Shown here: in pieces, positions 25,178 through 39,358 of the stretch
Position numbering within the stretch: the first letter of the stretch is position 1
Layout: each line of letters starts with the position of its first letter
Assembly (NCBI GenBank): GCA_003427395.1
Contig: BFEA01000011.1
Coordinates: 314,915-378,914 of the forward strand
Direction: 5' to 3'
Length of the DNA stretch: 64,000 bases
Origin: Chara braunii
Lineage: Eukaryota > Plantae > Charophyceae
The notes under the pieces: generated by a model
Databases searched by the model: none
Told to the model about the DNA's origin: nothing
The model's input: only the letters and a program-made list of their open reading frames with translations
Program-made: the position numbers and the translations under genes

Positions 25178-28100
25178 TGTCGGTGCGAATACCCTTACAG
25201 GGGTATCCGCCCTGGTTTTTGCAAGCGGCAGAAAATAAGTTTAGTTTGGAGTTTAAATATAGCGTGCAAGTCGCGGCAGTCTCCGTTGTTTATGCGGCTG
25301 ATGGTTGATTATAATAAAGAGTGTGTGGGCGCGGAGACTTGAGGCGCGCGTGATCTTTTTTAATTGTTGATGATTGAAGAGTCGGCGTGTTCGCCGGCCA
25401 GAATTTTCCTTCTGATTAAATAGGGATAAAAAAGATTACGTCTCGTTGATTAATGTGCTTACCTGTAACTTGTACCTACGTGTGGAGGGCGACATCGACA
25501 ACAATGTGACTTCTGAAGGCGTTTCGGTAGCACGACGCGTCACGCAGTGTCCTATTATTTAGTCATCCGTCAGAGCTAGACCCAGACTCGGGCCTAGCAC
25601 TATTAGTCACGGCGTTGGGATTTCATCTGGGAGGTTCAGGGATCGAGATCGAGCGGCGACCACGCAGGGATATCGGAGTGGCGCGAAGAGACCGAGGGGG
25701 CCGAGGGCCCGACGGGTCGTGGCGGCGTCGGAACGATGCAGGCGGATTAGAGGTTCTAAATATTTTATTATTTATCGCCATTGTTATTTATTGTTATGCC
25801 CCGACGTCTTTTGAATGAAGACGTGACGCCGGGTGTAGGGGCCGGTAATGTTGACTATGTACGACGTACGTTCCGGGTCCGGCGAGGTCGCATGGGGATG
25901 TATTGTGTTCGGGGAACTTCCTGAGGTACGATTATAGGCTGCCTTCGTGACTGCATCGAAGTTAACCCCTTTTTTCGTAGCACGGGGAATCCCGTAGCAG
26001 CCACTTCCGTGCTCAAATCTCCGACGGGGGAACATGTGGGAGCTACACCCACCAGCGGGTCCTATGCCTGCTACGGCAGGGGGGGCGATACTGGCTAGGG
26101 GTGAGCCGGTAGCATCAGGCCTGGACCCCTATGATGGGCCAGTAACAGTAGCTCCCTTCTGGTCCCCCCCCCCATATGAGCATCAACGGCCTCTGCTGAA
26201 ATGCTACTCCGTAGGAACCAGCGGCAAACCTCTAGGCAGCGAGCACTAAATTTGCCCACAGACTGTCGTCGGACTGTAGGCTAAAGTCGGGCTAGGGCCG
26301 CTTAAGCTGTGCAGTGGGCGGCGGGCCCGGTCGGACTGCGCTAGCAGCTGCGGGCGGAGTAAGGTGGAGCGGAACGCTGCTGTGAGGAGGAGCGACGGAT
26401 AGCGGAGGAGGATCGGGTGGACCTGGCTCGGATCTTCGCCCGGGTACATTCACAGGAAGGGGAGACGCGGAACGGGAATGACGAGCTGATAGCTCGGCTG
26501 GTGAAGGACATCAGTAGAGAGGAGCGCGAGGTGGCAAGGGAGACAGGTCATAGTGTAGCCAGGCGCTGGGACCGTGCAAACAAGCGAGACATGGCGGGTT
26601 CAGCTGGGCTGCGCTAAGCAGCAGAGAGCGGAGTGCCAGAGGGCGAAGGAGCAAAGAGGAAAAGTTGAGGGGGGAATGAACCGGGACGAGGTGTCACGCC
26701 GGGTGCGTGCGCGATGAGAATGAGAGATGGTGGGGTGACGAGCCAGGCGCAGTGGGGATGGAGGTGGAGAAAACCAGAACGGCAGGCGCAGAGGTAAGGC
26801 AAGATCGAAGGAGTGGGCAGGCGAAGCAAAGCATGGACGCAGTGCAGGCTGAGTGAACCAAGGCCAGCTATTGCGCCCGGTTCATTCAATAGTAAAAGTG
26901 GCAGGTAACGAGCTCGGGAGCACCCAAGGAACTATAGCTCGCTCGATTCTTACCGGAATCGAGCGAGGGGAGATGTTACACATGGGTTCTTAGACCTAGG
27001 GAGTCTGAATATGATGTTAGTTTGAGCAGGGAATTAGTAGGATAGGTGGTCCGAGACAGAGGGGCTGCGTGGAGCTATGGCGGAAGGAGGGACGAAGTGA
27101 GGAGAGAAATCGAGGTACCATTGATTCTTGATGGAATTGAGTGGGCTAAAGGTTAGAATGGAGGTTTGTGGCCGAGGCGATTTCTATGGTAGTGTAAGTT
27201 TTGGCAATAGGTTAAAGAGAAGAAAATTAGTCAGGAAGTAGGTTGCGTCTAGGGGCAAAACTGCTTTACAAATATACAACGAAAACTCCCCCGTTTTAGT
27301 GGAAGATTGATTTGACTTTCCCAGTCATTTCCGTGGGGATGCTGCAGATAAGCAGTAAAGTTGGAGACTTACCCATTACCGGGTGCATTGATGCTACTAT
27401 TAACGGGGAGCTCGCTCTCTCCATCCTGTGCAGGAGTACGATAGCTTGTGCACCCGACTGAGTTTTGGCGAAAGGTTCATTCGATTTCGGTCATCGTCCC
27501 TGCGGGGACTTGCAGCGGGCAGACAGTGGTGTTGGAGACTTACCTGTTGACCGGTACTTCGCCCACTTAGGAAGAATCGGCGGGCTGCATGCTGGTGGAA
27601 GGATTGGCAGCCTTTAGCGAGCGGCGTAGTTGGACAACAAGCCACAGTGTTAGAAACGTACTCGTTTCAGTTAGTGCGTTGACCAGCCCAACGGTCTGGG
27701 CATGTGCAGCAGTTAGGAAAGGAAGTGCATAGAGCAGAAGGAACGGAGTGCCAAGACTGGTCCGGGAGCTGCGGTGCTGTTGCAGATTGTTACTTGCTAG
27801 AANNNNNNNNNNNNNNNNNNNNAGCAGTTAGGAAAGGAAGTGCATAGAGCAGAAGGAACGGAGTGCCAAGACTGGTCCGGGAGCTGCGGTGCTGTTGCAG
27901 ATTGTTACTTGCTAGAAGATTTGCCACCAACTGAGGTATTGACCGATCCACCGTGTAAGGCAACTGCAAAGCCAGCCGCAGGGGAGGCGGACCAGGCGGG
28001 TCGGCCAACGTATTGTTCAACTATAAAAAGGGGGAGGCAGGGAATAAGCCACTGGGCAGTTTACATGCCGGCGGTGCTTGGATATTGCCCCGCCAGTTAC

Positions 28101-31100
28101 ACGGCGGCCAAGAAGAACTAAGAAGCCGAGGGAGCGATCGGATTGCGTAAGAGGAATTCGTTGTTGCGCCGGCTGTGCATCTTGGGTGCTACAGTATCCG
28201 GTGGTGCTCAGTTGGTTTTCGCTCTGCGTCTTGCCTTGCCTGGGCTTTTTGCGGGAGTGGTCGGCGTGCAATTAGCCTTGTGATACCATTTTGTTGCGCG
28301 AACTGGTTTTGTTTTTCTCTTTAATGTGTGTCTAGATTCTGTTTTGGTAAGGTGTGAGGGAAGTGGTTGGACCGAAGGGAAAAGCTGTTGTCGTAGCTTA
28401 AAGGAGTGGTGGCGAGAGGGGATACCGCTACAGTTCGGGAGTACGTCAGGACAATCTGTATTCAAAACAACTTGACTGCGGGTTGACCAAGTTGCTACTC
28501 ACATTGGTCATCATTGAGGGGCCCTCAGGCGACTGAAGGTTTCAAGGCCCTCTCCTGCGAGTCTGAGAGCACCTTTCTAGGATCTGAGAGCCTCAAACTT
28601 TCTTCCTATGCCTTTCAGACTCTCAGTCTAGTCTTTGGTTACGAGAGAAAGGAGGCAGGCGGGATTGCAACCAGTAGGACCGCAGCAAGGCCTACGTGGG
28701 AGGTTACCCCACCGATTGCGGGAGCTCTGCCAGAACTCAGGAGTAGTTCTGGAGGCAGGGAACTGAAAGGTAACCTTCAATTTCCCTTTATAAACCCCAG
28801 TTATAACCCATGTCTATACTACCCATTACATGTTCTGACTGAATATATGGCATGCACCCCTACTTTGACTTTTTGGTTTGACCTTCAGAATATGAATCAG
28901 ACTAAATAAAATAATGTCTGTATAATCTCAGCTTCAGTTTTGTTGATTGCATGAAGGCAGATTGTGAACAAAAGAAATTTGTATCTAGGGGGAGAAGGTT
29001 GGGAGGAATGCATTATTGCTTTTAAATTTGATAGGGTCATTAAGGCTAGGAAGTCCCCAAAAGTTTGGGGAGACCCGGTGCTGTGGGATTGCCTTGAGGA
29101 CCAAACTGTTGTATAAGTTTACGTGGTCTGGTTGCGCTGACTTGCAAGGGCTGTTTGTGATTGACTTCTTCAGGGGCCAAGTGCATTATGTAAGTTTAGG
29201 TGCCTTGGTTGCCTTGTTTATCTTGGGTTTTTCTCTATTTATTTGGTTTTGAACAAGGAGGTCTGAGCCGTTTCATAAGTTTAGGTGACTTAGCCTGTTC
29301 CTGCTTTATTTTGAGAAAATGAACTTGACAAAGGGCAGACCGTTCTGTAAGTTCAGGTGGTCTAGCCCAATGCCACGCATAGCTAGATCAGAGAGAAACG
29401 AATCAGGCAGAAAGTCGGACTGTTCTGTAAGTTAATTTTCCATAGGCTTAGTTAATCAGGATGATTTGAGTGAGATCATGATATGAAGGTTAATTTTCCA
29501 TAGACTTATAGACTTAGCTTGAGATTGGTCTATCTTGTGTTACAAGTCTTCTTGATCGATTGATTCATGATTTGAGTTAGTTTCAACTTGATCCTACAAG
29601 GATCATCTTCTGTTATCACTGATAACAGGTCGGTAGCCGATTCGTCAGTTTACGATTCAACTCCAATCCCCTCTTGCCACTCATCCTAAAAGACTTTAGC
29701 CCTGTGGTTTGAACTGTTTCATTGTGTTTTCACCGGGACTTTATTGAATGACCATTTAACAAAAGTAATGAATATTTACTTCGGGGAGTTGCACAAAAGT
29801 GAGGTTTGTATGGTTAAAGCAAGGTGTATGAGCATAGAGAATGGTTGAAGTTGATCCCGTGTAGTGCGTGAACTTTTGTTGGATCTTTGATGTGATTGCA
29901 GGTATGTTTGTGGTTCGGACTCTTGATTTGATTTGCCTGTGATCACATACATATATACAGCTGAAAGGAGCCCCACCGTGACTGTGAGAAGTGATCGTCC
30001 TATATTAATAACCCTCTATAGATATGTATGTAGGTGTATACATATGTCTTCAGTGTTTCGTGCAGCCTACTCTGATCATGCGTAAGGGTTAAACGGATTA
30101 TGCGTTGAGAAAGAAGGGAGATTCCCTCTTTCCCTTTTCTTTTTAGAGTTTTTATAGTTGGACGTTGTAGTCCGCGGCAGCTGTCATAGTCAAACCCCTT
30201 GACTTTTTTTCAGACCCCAGATGATGCAGCTGGTATCCAGGGCAATAAGAGACAACTGCCACCACAGGTATGAACCTGTGTACCACCCACTCTCCGCAGG
30301 GTGCAGAAGAGGGTGTGGTTCTCAACCGCACTTGGCGGTTGTCCAGCGTCGAGAGATTAACCCTCAAGGCGCGTGTCAGCCGACACTTGAGTGTCGAGTG
30401 CGATTCTTGAGGTGAACGAGGACCGCATGAGTATGGGTATTGTATCGTACGCCATCATTGCGACCACTTGTGTACGCTTGCATTGCAAGTCGATATGAGT
30501 TAGCCCTGCGTCCGCGCGGTTTTATACTAAGTCTCGCGCACGACGCCTATCCGATTTCCGCATCGGAAAGTTATGGGATGACTACTGAAGGGACTAGGAG
30601 CGTTGTCGCGTTGTTTGATATGTGTTTGTGTGTTTTATTTTTTTGTGTTCGTAGTGTTCGTAGTGTGGTATGCGGGTCGTGAGTGGGATACGTCCTAGTC
30701 GACCAACGACGGGCCGTGCTTGGGACTTCGGCCCCCCAAGATGCCGATTCGTGTGCGTGTCCGATAGAGGAGTACTACCGCCCGTACCCCCTATGCTACA
30801 GCGAACGAGAAACGCCCTCGGCAGGTCCACCTCTGCGATTGCAACTAATCCGCTTTCGTACTGTGGACTGGTAGCTCGGCGGGGATACACCCACCAAAGG
30901 GAGGTGACCGCTCCCGTAAGGTGGAGGCAAGTCGTGCCTCAAGTACGCCCTATCCTGTCGTAGGGGCTCGCGGGAGGTATGGCTGGCGCACTCGGCCGGA
31001 GCGGGTTGCGGAAGCTCCATGTATATTCGCGACGAAGGAATAGACCAACTCTTGCGTGACACGGCCGGGAGGGTCCCGCACTGCCTTGTGCGGTGTCGGA

Positions 31101-31115
31101 CCGATGCGCTCGACA
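25178..31115 (+). repeat. LTR c (~1.1-kb internal deletion at 29433)
   Basis: TGTCGGTGCG...GCGCTCGACA. Preceded by the 3' internal region and followed by a PBS, so it is shared by two units. Confidence 0.9.
27803..27822. other. Assembly gap with the same 95-bp flanking duplication
   Basis: 20 N. 27708-27802 is identical to 27823-27917. Confidence 0.9.
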
Positions 31116-31117
31116 GG

Positions 31118-31135
31118 TGGCGCTGTTACCGAGGA
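31118..31135 (+). promoter_or_regulatory. Primer binding site (tRNA-Asp), decayed
   Basis: TGGCGCTGTTACCGAGGA after CGACA-GG. Confidence 0.8.
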
Positions 31136-33071
31136 TAACGGTTGTCTGCTGTTGTCCCTGCTCGAACGACATCCGGGTATGGGAATGTGAGAACTAGGCA
31201 AGGTGAGAAGTTTTAGGGCTTTATGGTTAATTGATTGAAGGTGTTGGATAGAAAGTGAGTGAGGGTTGATTGTGTGAGTGGGTTCTGGTTGGTGCAGTGA
31301 GGATGGCGCGCGAGGGATAAGTTTTGACTATGCACTTACGTACCCTGACTAGCATGATGGCAGTTGGAGTTGAGTACCATTTTTTACCCTGATAGTTGAC
31401 TGGCTCGGATGATGCTTTGCCTAGTTGATATGGTTGAGGTGAAATGAGATGATGCCAATGTAACTGGGCATGTTGGCTGAGGGAGTTAGCCTCATAAGGT
31501 ACCCATTATGGCTAAGGGGAGTTACCCGAGCGGTCAAGAGTCCAATACGATAAGTAAAGGAACCCTATTATGTTAGAAGTCATCAAGGGACTTCGAGGAG
31601 AGTTAGGCTAAGGATGTTGAAAGCATGTATGAGTATGGATTGGGATCCTTAAGTCTGGGTTTTAAGCAGTTGCTCGAGTTGTATAGCCATGGAAGTCTGA
31701 GGTTTGTCCCGCGTGGTATGTTTGAATTAGGTGTATAAGTCAATAAAGAGATGCAATGAGCACCGTGTTAAGGCCTGAATAGAAAGGGCTACGGGGAGTA
31801 GTAGATTTGCATGACGCCTGTCCCTATAAAGGAGGGTATCTAATCCTAGAGGTAGGCGGAGTAGCAGTAAAGAAGCTATCACCTAGATTATTTTGCTTAC
31901 TTTTGATGGGGCAATGAATTATTATTGGTGTTTAGACTTTCGCTTGAACCTTTCCAGGTTTGGGCCATCCGCTTGAATCTGTGGGGTTGGGGCTAAGGAC
32001 TTGAGACCATTCTTGTCTAAGCGCATTTCTCTTGAGTTATATATGGAACTCATCCGTATATGCCAGATTTTACCTAAGTAAGCTTGTCTGACGTCTATTT
32101 GTGTGCGATTATTTGTTGGATGATTGTATTCCTTCGATAATTATCCTTGTCAGAAATATTTACATAGGCCATGTATTTGAAGTATGTATTTGAAGTATGT
32201 ATTTGAACTATTTAGTTTGTAAGGATTTATATGAGTGTCCCAAGTCCAATTATCGGCTTATGGCTGTTTGTTAAGTGTGGGTGTCTTGACTGCTCCTCAA
32301 AGAAGGGTAGAGGCGTTGCGCAAAACCCACGTCTAATGCGGATTCAGGGGTGAATCCCCAACATTTTTTGTGTCAAGTGGAGTCACCAGCATACGACGGG
32401 GTGACACGACCCGGAGCGTGTATGGTGAGGTTGTTTGTTTTATTGGCAAGGGGATGCAAGGGACGGACGCTAGAATCGGAGGGAGAAGCAGTGAGGCTTG
32501 ATCCTTGAGTGGGACTTTGGGATTTAAGATGTTATCCCTTCTGAAAAGGATTACATTGCCCCTCGCCATAGTACACTTTTGTCAAAGCCTGGGGAGTAAA
32601 GTGTAGTGCTCTCGCCAATATTATGCATGAGAGTACTAACCGCTGACATATATATCTTTGATCATAATGTGCCTATCATGTGTTATGCCTGTTGATATAG
32701 GTCTGTCGTTATAAGGTATTTGTATATGCTTTGAGTAGTTGACTAGCTTGTGTATGATGTATCTGATTACTATGGGTATCTCGGTGGTCAGTTATTATGG
32801 TAATGTATCGTTTCTTATGAGTATTGTATTTATGAATTTTTAATGTTTATAAATACTTTATTATCGAGATATATTACCATTACTATTGTCCTCTAAGCTG
32901 GGTGGTTATAAACACTGGATAGGACACAATTTAAGGAAAGATGATATGAAGCTGAGACTTCAAGGGTTGGGATTGTATATTGTGATCGTCAGCATGGTAA
33001 CGGAAGGCGTATGCTGGGCGTTTTTTTTTTTGTGATGGGCAGAACCCAGACCAGAGCATAGGCAACTCAGG

Positions 33072-33709
33072 ATGCCTTATGCTAGGGAAGATCCTAGTGT
33101 GGCCTTGCATGTTAAAAGGGAAGGACTCGAGGTATCCTTGCCGAGGAGAGTCAAGGAAGGAGAGTATATATCTTCCTGGTGGGGCGCACTTATAGGCAGG
33201 GGTATCTTCATCTGGATCGAGTCTGGTTTTGATGATGATGAAGATTGTGCGATCGTAAGGGTAACCCTGTACGCATCTTCCTCGTTTTGGGTCAAGCATA
33301 GGCTCGAGTTGGCACTTGGATACGGGAGCATGCTTGCGAGGCCACTAAGGGTAGCTGAGGGGGCTACGGAAAAATGGGCAAGGGACAGGGTCCATGAAGG
33401 GGAAGAGCGAGTGGTGGCCCATGTAGAAGTCAAACATGCCGATGAGCTTAGGCTTCTTTCTGCCCCGTTACGAATCGGCCTGCCTGAATTTTTGATAGAG
33501 GAATGTTCCGGGGGACATGAAAGGATAGAGGTTGCAGCAGAAGCCGTCGTGAGGGCGCGAGAAATGGGTTGTACTTGGACCAGAGATTTTTGCCCTATAG
33601 CCAAGAAGTAAGGGACGTAGCCAATGTGGTCGACACCTTTGCGAGCTTCCATGATCCCGATAGGGAGGTTGTAGACTGGAACGAGGTCTGTGCGGTGGCT
33701 GGCCGATAG
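33072..33709 (+). pseudogene. ORF-X copy (open ~165 codons, then a ~35-bp deletion)
   Basis: ORF track 33072..33611. Homologous stop at 33707-33709. Confidence 0.7.
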
Positions 33710-34245
33710 AGTGTGGCTTTGTATCCTTCAAGAGTGTGTCCTTTATGGGCTTGTCCACATAGGTGGGTATGAGAGCAAGGGTTGGTAGACTAATCGATTG
33801 CGTGAACTGAACACCTATGTTTTAGTCGGCGGGGTCATGATGGTATGCCGAATGGGCCGTGAGGCATGTATATATGTATTTTAGTGCATGGGGTGTATGT
33901 ACCGGATCCTAAGAGACTCTAAGTTAGCCTAGGTAGGCTTGCTCTCAAACCTTGTGTCTACCCTAGGGATAGGTTGGTTAGAGTAGAAGGGGGGATATTG
34001 CCTATGATATGAGTACGGGGATCAGTAACGCTTGTGGCCGCGATGACTGTTTGCCTAAGCCTGACTTTGAGGGCCCTGCCGATGTGAGGTGTATATTGTC
34101 TATAATTAAGGTCATATGGCGTGGATGGAAAGAGGGGTGGTGTGAGTTGAGCATTAGTCATCTCTACTAGCCTTTGGTTTGAGTTTCTGGCGTTATAACC
34201 TGATGATCGATTACTTGTCGTGTGTGCCCGTCCGGTACCAGCATC

Positions 34246-35585
34246 ATGGCCGAAAAAAGTGATTTCGTTAAAATCCTACTCTGGAGGAGCGCGTGCCTCA
34301 GTAAAGTGCTACTGTGCGAGTAAGTGAGCGACTCGATGCCCCCAGAACTTCGCGCCCTGCTGTTTCAAGGAAAAAATTTATATGCCTTCCTATGTGGCTA
34401 TCATGACTTCAGTCTCATGAAGAGGTAGGACGAGAAGGCAATGTGGAGCATGTTGCCACTGTTTGTCTACGAAGAGTTGAGTGAGGAGGTGTATACCCTT
34501 ATGCTAAAGTCGCAGACCTGGGACGAGCGGGAAAGTTTTTTGAAGTTGAGATTTCTAGAGGATGAAGCGGAAGACCACCTTGGCGAAGGCCTTGAGCAAC
34601 CAGTTGGGGTTACGTCAACACAAGGAGAGTTGAGAGGTATGCAGAGGCAAATTGCGATGCTAGAAGAGAGGTTGACATGATTGGAAGAAGCCAGGCGTAG
34701 CAAGAGGAAGGTCTCTGAAGGAGCATCGAGTGGGCCGGCTGGGCAGGATGAGGCAGAGGCAAGGGGAGATCATCAGAAGTTACTCCTCCACAAGGGAACC
34801 TCGAAGGGGCGAGCCTGCGCCCCGAAAAGAGGCGAAGGTGAGGGATTCGTTGAGATAAAGGGGGAGCGGGGAGCTAGTGCGGCCCTGCCTGTCATTGCAC
34901 CTGATCCGAAGAGAGGGCTCATTAACGTGGAAGCATCCTCAGCTGCGGGGCGGAGAGAGCAAAAGAGCAGGTGGTGGCGAGAGCACCAGGCGAAAATAGT
35001 ATGTGATCGTTGTGAAAAAATTGGTCATGCCCCTCGAGGGTGTAAAGGAAAGGGGGTGACAGGGGTAAGAGGAGAGCCTGAGCCTCCCAAGTTGACGGCT
35101 CAACGGAAGGCGAGGAATCGGGCCCAAGGGAGCCAAGGTATCGGAAAGGGGCAAGGCCCGTGACAGGAAGAGGCCACCCCGCAAAGGTTGAGAGGCAAAT
35201 TAACACAGGCTGGCCCCCGCCAACTGAGCGGGCACTATACGGGCCGTGGACACCATACGGTCAAGTGGGACCAAGGCCTATATCTAATACATACCTGCCC
35301 CGGATGCAAGGCATTTGTTTGGGCCCACAAATAAGTATGATACCGCCTAGGCCTCGCGCAGTCCAGATTCGGCCAACTCTGCCTATGGGACTGTTGCAGC
35401 CATCCACACAGCGGGTGCCATAAGGCGATATGGCCGGTGCAGAAAGCCAGAGGCGGGAAGCTAGAAGAGGCCGCGGGGATGGAGGGCGGAACAATAGAGG
35501 ACGAGGAAGCGGCAGGGGAGGCACTGGAGGGCGCGATGAACGCCAACGGAACCACAAGGGGGATGTGGGGAAGTAAAAGGCATAA
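34246..35585 (+). pseudogene. gag: Gag-like ORF with CCHC zinc knuckle, several point stops
   Basis: CDRCEKIGHAPRGC = CX2CX4HX4C. N-terminal helical segment (LFQGxNL..FL...WDELE..LKLRF), coiled-coil-like stretch, Pro-rich and RGG-rich C-terminus. Confidence 0.75.
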
Positions 35586-35780
35586 CAAGCAGCAGTTCCA
35601 CGGTAGTCGGGTAGAAAAGGCGGCCAAGGGAATCCAAAAGGGAGAATAGGGTGGATGGAAGGTGTAAAAGGTGATGGAAGGAGGTGGAGTTAGAGAGAAA
35701 ATAGTAGTGTGAGGGAAGGGAAGTGAGCCGAGGAGCAATCAGTCAAGGGATAGTCCTGGACCGCTTTGGGTTGGTTTACA

Positions 35781-36550
35781 TACTACGAAAAAGGGGGTAA
35801 CTCCGAAGCAGTCACGAAGACAACGTGTAATCGTTCCTCAGACAGTTCCCTGAGCAGAACACACCCCCATGCGACCCCGCCGGACCCGGAACGTAGGTCG
35901 TACATAGTCAACATTACCGGCCCCTACACCTGGCGTCACGTCTTAATTCAAAAGACATCGGGACATAACAATAAATAACAATGAAGATAAATAATAAAAT
36001 ATTTAGAACCTCTAAACCGCCTACATCATTTCGACGCCGCCACGACAAACCTAAGGGGGATAGCCCCGCCCGGCCCTCGACCCCCTCGGTCCCTTTGCGC
36101 CACTCCGATATCCCCGTGTCGTCGCCGCTCGATCTCTATCGCTGAACCTCTCAGATGAAAGTCCAACGCCGTAACTAATAGCGCTAGGCCCGGGTCTGGG
36201 TCTAGCTTTGGCGGACACCTAAATAATCGGACACTGTGCGACGCGCCGTGCTACCGAAACGCCTTAAGAAGTCACATTGTTGTCAATGTCGTCCTCCACA
36301 TGTACGTACAGGGCACAGGTAAGCACAGTAATCAACAACACACTGACTCTTCAATCATCAACAATTAAAAAAAATCACTCGCGCCTCAAGTCTGCGCGCC
36401 CACACACTCTTTATTCTGGTCAACCATCAACCGCATAAACAACGGAGTGTGCCGCGACTCACACGGTAAATTCAAACTCTAAACTAAACTTATTTTATGC
36501 CGCTTGCAAAAACCAGGGTGGATACCCTTGTAAGGGTATTCGCACCGACA
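35781..36550 (-). repeat. LTR b, 5' part, separated from 12113-18491 by the inversion
   Basis: Matches 8686-9509 and 50678-51501. Complements the part missing at 12113 to within about 12 bp. Confidence 0.85.
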
Positions 36551-39358
36551 GCTTACCGGACAATATTAAGCGACGTTCCCGTCACTCCGCCAAATCAGAA
36601 AGCTATAAATTCATCCAAAACCTCAAATGCTGACGAGAAAGGAACCAATCCGATTAGCCGACAGACTCAGGTTAGAGGCCTCCAACAACCTGTGTCCACA
36701 CAATTGTATGCTGCCAGGGTTTCAACCTGGGTCTCCATTGCCCTGGCATTCGGACGCCGGTGTATTACGTATCAATACTACAACATAAGTTCCAAAGGCC
36801 TCCTCAAACCATCTTCTCCCCTTCGTCCTGGACAAACGTCGACTTCTCGTTGAGTGCCTCTGTTAGATTTTTCCTCGTAAGCAGAGCCCTTCCCAGGGAT
36901 GCGGGCCTTAAATGTGACCTTAAAAGGCATCATCTTGCCTCCCTCCCAAAATCCTCACAATCAAACGCATATGTATATGTATACTTAAATCTCATCTCAT
37001 CCCTTTCTGCAGTCTAGTACAAAAATGCTAGGTCTCCATCCTGGCCCACCATAGTCTGATTGATCGAGTCAGATCTACGGCCTACCGCATTGTTATCTTA
37101 ACGACAGTTCCCTTGCTGGTTAAGCAACAATAGTTTTTCTCCTGATAAGCATTCAATCAGAACTTCCAAAAAGACTCAACTCGTATCCCCCACCATCCCA
37201 TCGGAGTAATTCCATGGGGCATGCATAACCCCTTAAACTCTTACCCCTTTGGTAGACGAGAGTTCGCTGCCAGGTTCTGCTGGGAAGCAACCATCCACTA
37301 GGGGTTGCGCCCTAGAGGTGTTATCCTTTACCGTCTAGCTTGGTCTTCCTTAAAATGCCCCAGGATTAGCAGAAGTGTCCGGGCGGTGTGTCGAAAAAAA
37401 CTACAGCCCATTGCGGGACTACGCATGGTTCTGTCTCACTTAAAGGCGTATACCTGCTCCGTATGAGAGAACATAGAGAGCACGACACCCTTCTCACAAT
37501 CATAAACAGAACCACCGCCAGGTTCACTTAGGTCGTGACCCCTTGACTTGATCAGAGACCGTAAACCACACATCCCGATGACATCTATCAAATGCACTGC
37601 TTTGCGACACGCTCAATACCATCCAAACAATTTTTCTGGTTCATCTCGTCAGACTTTATCAGTTCAAACTTATCTTACCATGCCCTTAAATCCATTAACC
37701 ACCTTTCACACGAAGGAGGTTTGTCATCCATGGGTGTCCCAACTATCCCTCTCTTTCTAGAATGAGCTATCACGCGACCCTTTTTAAAACATCTTCTTTT
37801 TGAAGACGAGTCTTTCAATAAATAACACTACCATCTTCCTTAATCTAAAGGGGTCTCAACCATAAAACGACGCAAACCGAGGGACCTATTCATGGGTTCT
37901 CTCCACAACTCAACCACGACACAACTCAAACTGAGGGACCAGCTTATGACCCCTCTTCGCAACTCAACCGTAAAACATTCGGCATGGTAAGTATTCGAGT
38001 CTCGCAAAATCCCTTAGGATTCCCACACTTCTGTCACACAACAACTGCACTACCTTTCCTTATAGTCGACCCTATCACCCCCCCGTGGGCAGATCGCATG
38101 AGTATACTGGAGAGTAGACAGTCCACATTCATCAATTCTCCCAATTTCATGGCACACAAAGTGCCTCTTATATATTTTTCCACACAAAATCACCATTTAT
38201 CAGAATAAAATCCACACATGTGAGAGTGATTGTGATCGTCATATACAAAGAAATAGTCTCAGATAACGTTCCAACTCAGACACCCTCAAGGGTATAACAT
38301 CCCGACTTAGGCGAATAAATATAGTCTTGAATTACTCGTATACACTTAAAGTCGAATACTCTCGACAAAAGTTGACACCAATATCACACAAAGGATGCCC
38401 CCCACTTCCTGGCCAAAGCTTTTAAACTAAAGCAGGTCCACATAGGGCGTAATCGTACCCCTCACCTACCGAAAGAATCTGTATAACTCAAGACATACCT
38501 AAATTTTGAATGACCCAAGGCCTATCATGCCTCGACGGGTTGTAAGTTCACAACAACCTCGAGTCAAAAGGCTGCTCATACTCTTTCCTCATATCTCGTC
38601 GCAACACCCTCGAGGTCTTAAGGCCACGAGAATTGAAACTCGAATCCTACCAAACCTCCATGCATACCCTATTTACAAGCGCATGGGTACGTATACCTTT
38701 ATAATTCAGGATAGTGCGGCCAAGAGCAAACTCAACCCCCAAGGACAATCAGTTTACTTTGAACCTTTGGGTGATATCCTTAAAGTACATGCCTAAGGGA
38801 GCCAACTACCATGATCAAACTAAATCAATGCTCCTTAACCCAAATCGTATCCTCACACGGTCTCTTAGCACAGCGTACTTCCTACACTCATGGCCCACTC
38901 TCACATTTTGATCGCGCTATAGCCATCCTACCCCTAAACAGTCATAAGAACCTGAGAGACACTTACCCCATCTACCTTAAGGTCTTTTTAGGGTCCCACA
39001 TACACTCACAACACCTTAGTGTATACACCCTCTCCAACTTATTTAGTATACAGTCAGATCCTTGTAAGCTAAAATACGAGGTCGGGGACCATACAATCAA
39101 CAATCGCGCTAACCTACTTCCACGTTCACATATATAAGATTGAATTTATTATAGTAAACCAACCCAAAGCAGTCAAGGACTATCCTTTGACTGATTGCTC
39201 CTCGGCTCACGGGTTAGAGTCTTCCCTTCCCTCCCACGACTGTATTCTCTCTAACCCCACATCCTTTCATCACCTTTTACACCTTTCATCCACCCTATTC
39301 TCCCTTTTGCATTCCCTTGGCCGCCTTTCCTACCCGACTACCGTTCAACTGCTACTTG

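Larger units (their letters stand above)
31116..35780 (+). mobile_element. 5' part of internal region 3
   Basis: Reverse complement of 39154-44412. Ends at the inversion breakpoint. Confidence 0.85.

Noticed and set aside
28281-28288. TGGTATCA tRNA-Met PBS (minus strand)
   Set aside because: Only 8 nt, mid-LTR, wrong strand, and TGGTATGA in the other LTRs.
28514-28909. MRGPQ... ORF as a protein-coding gene
   Set aside because: TTG start. Differences from family 2 are largely non-synonymous and instead preserve base pairs.
35770-35780. GGTTTACA as an LTR end
   Set aside because: It is the inversion breakpoint. The intact copy at 39150 lacks the CA and runs on.
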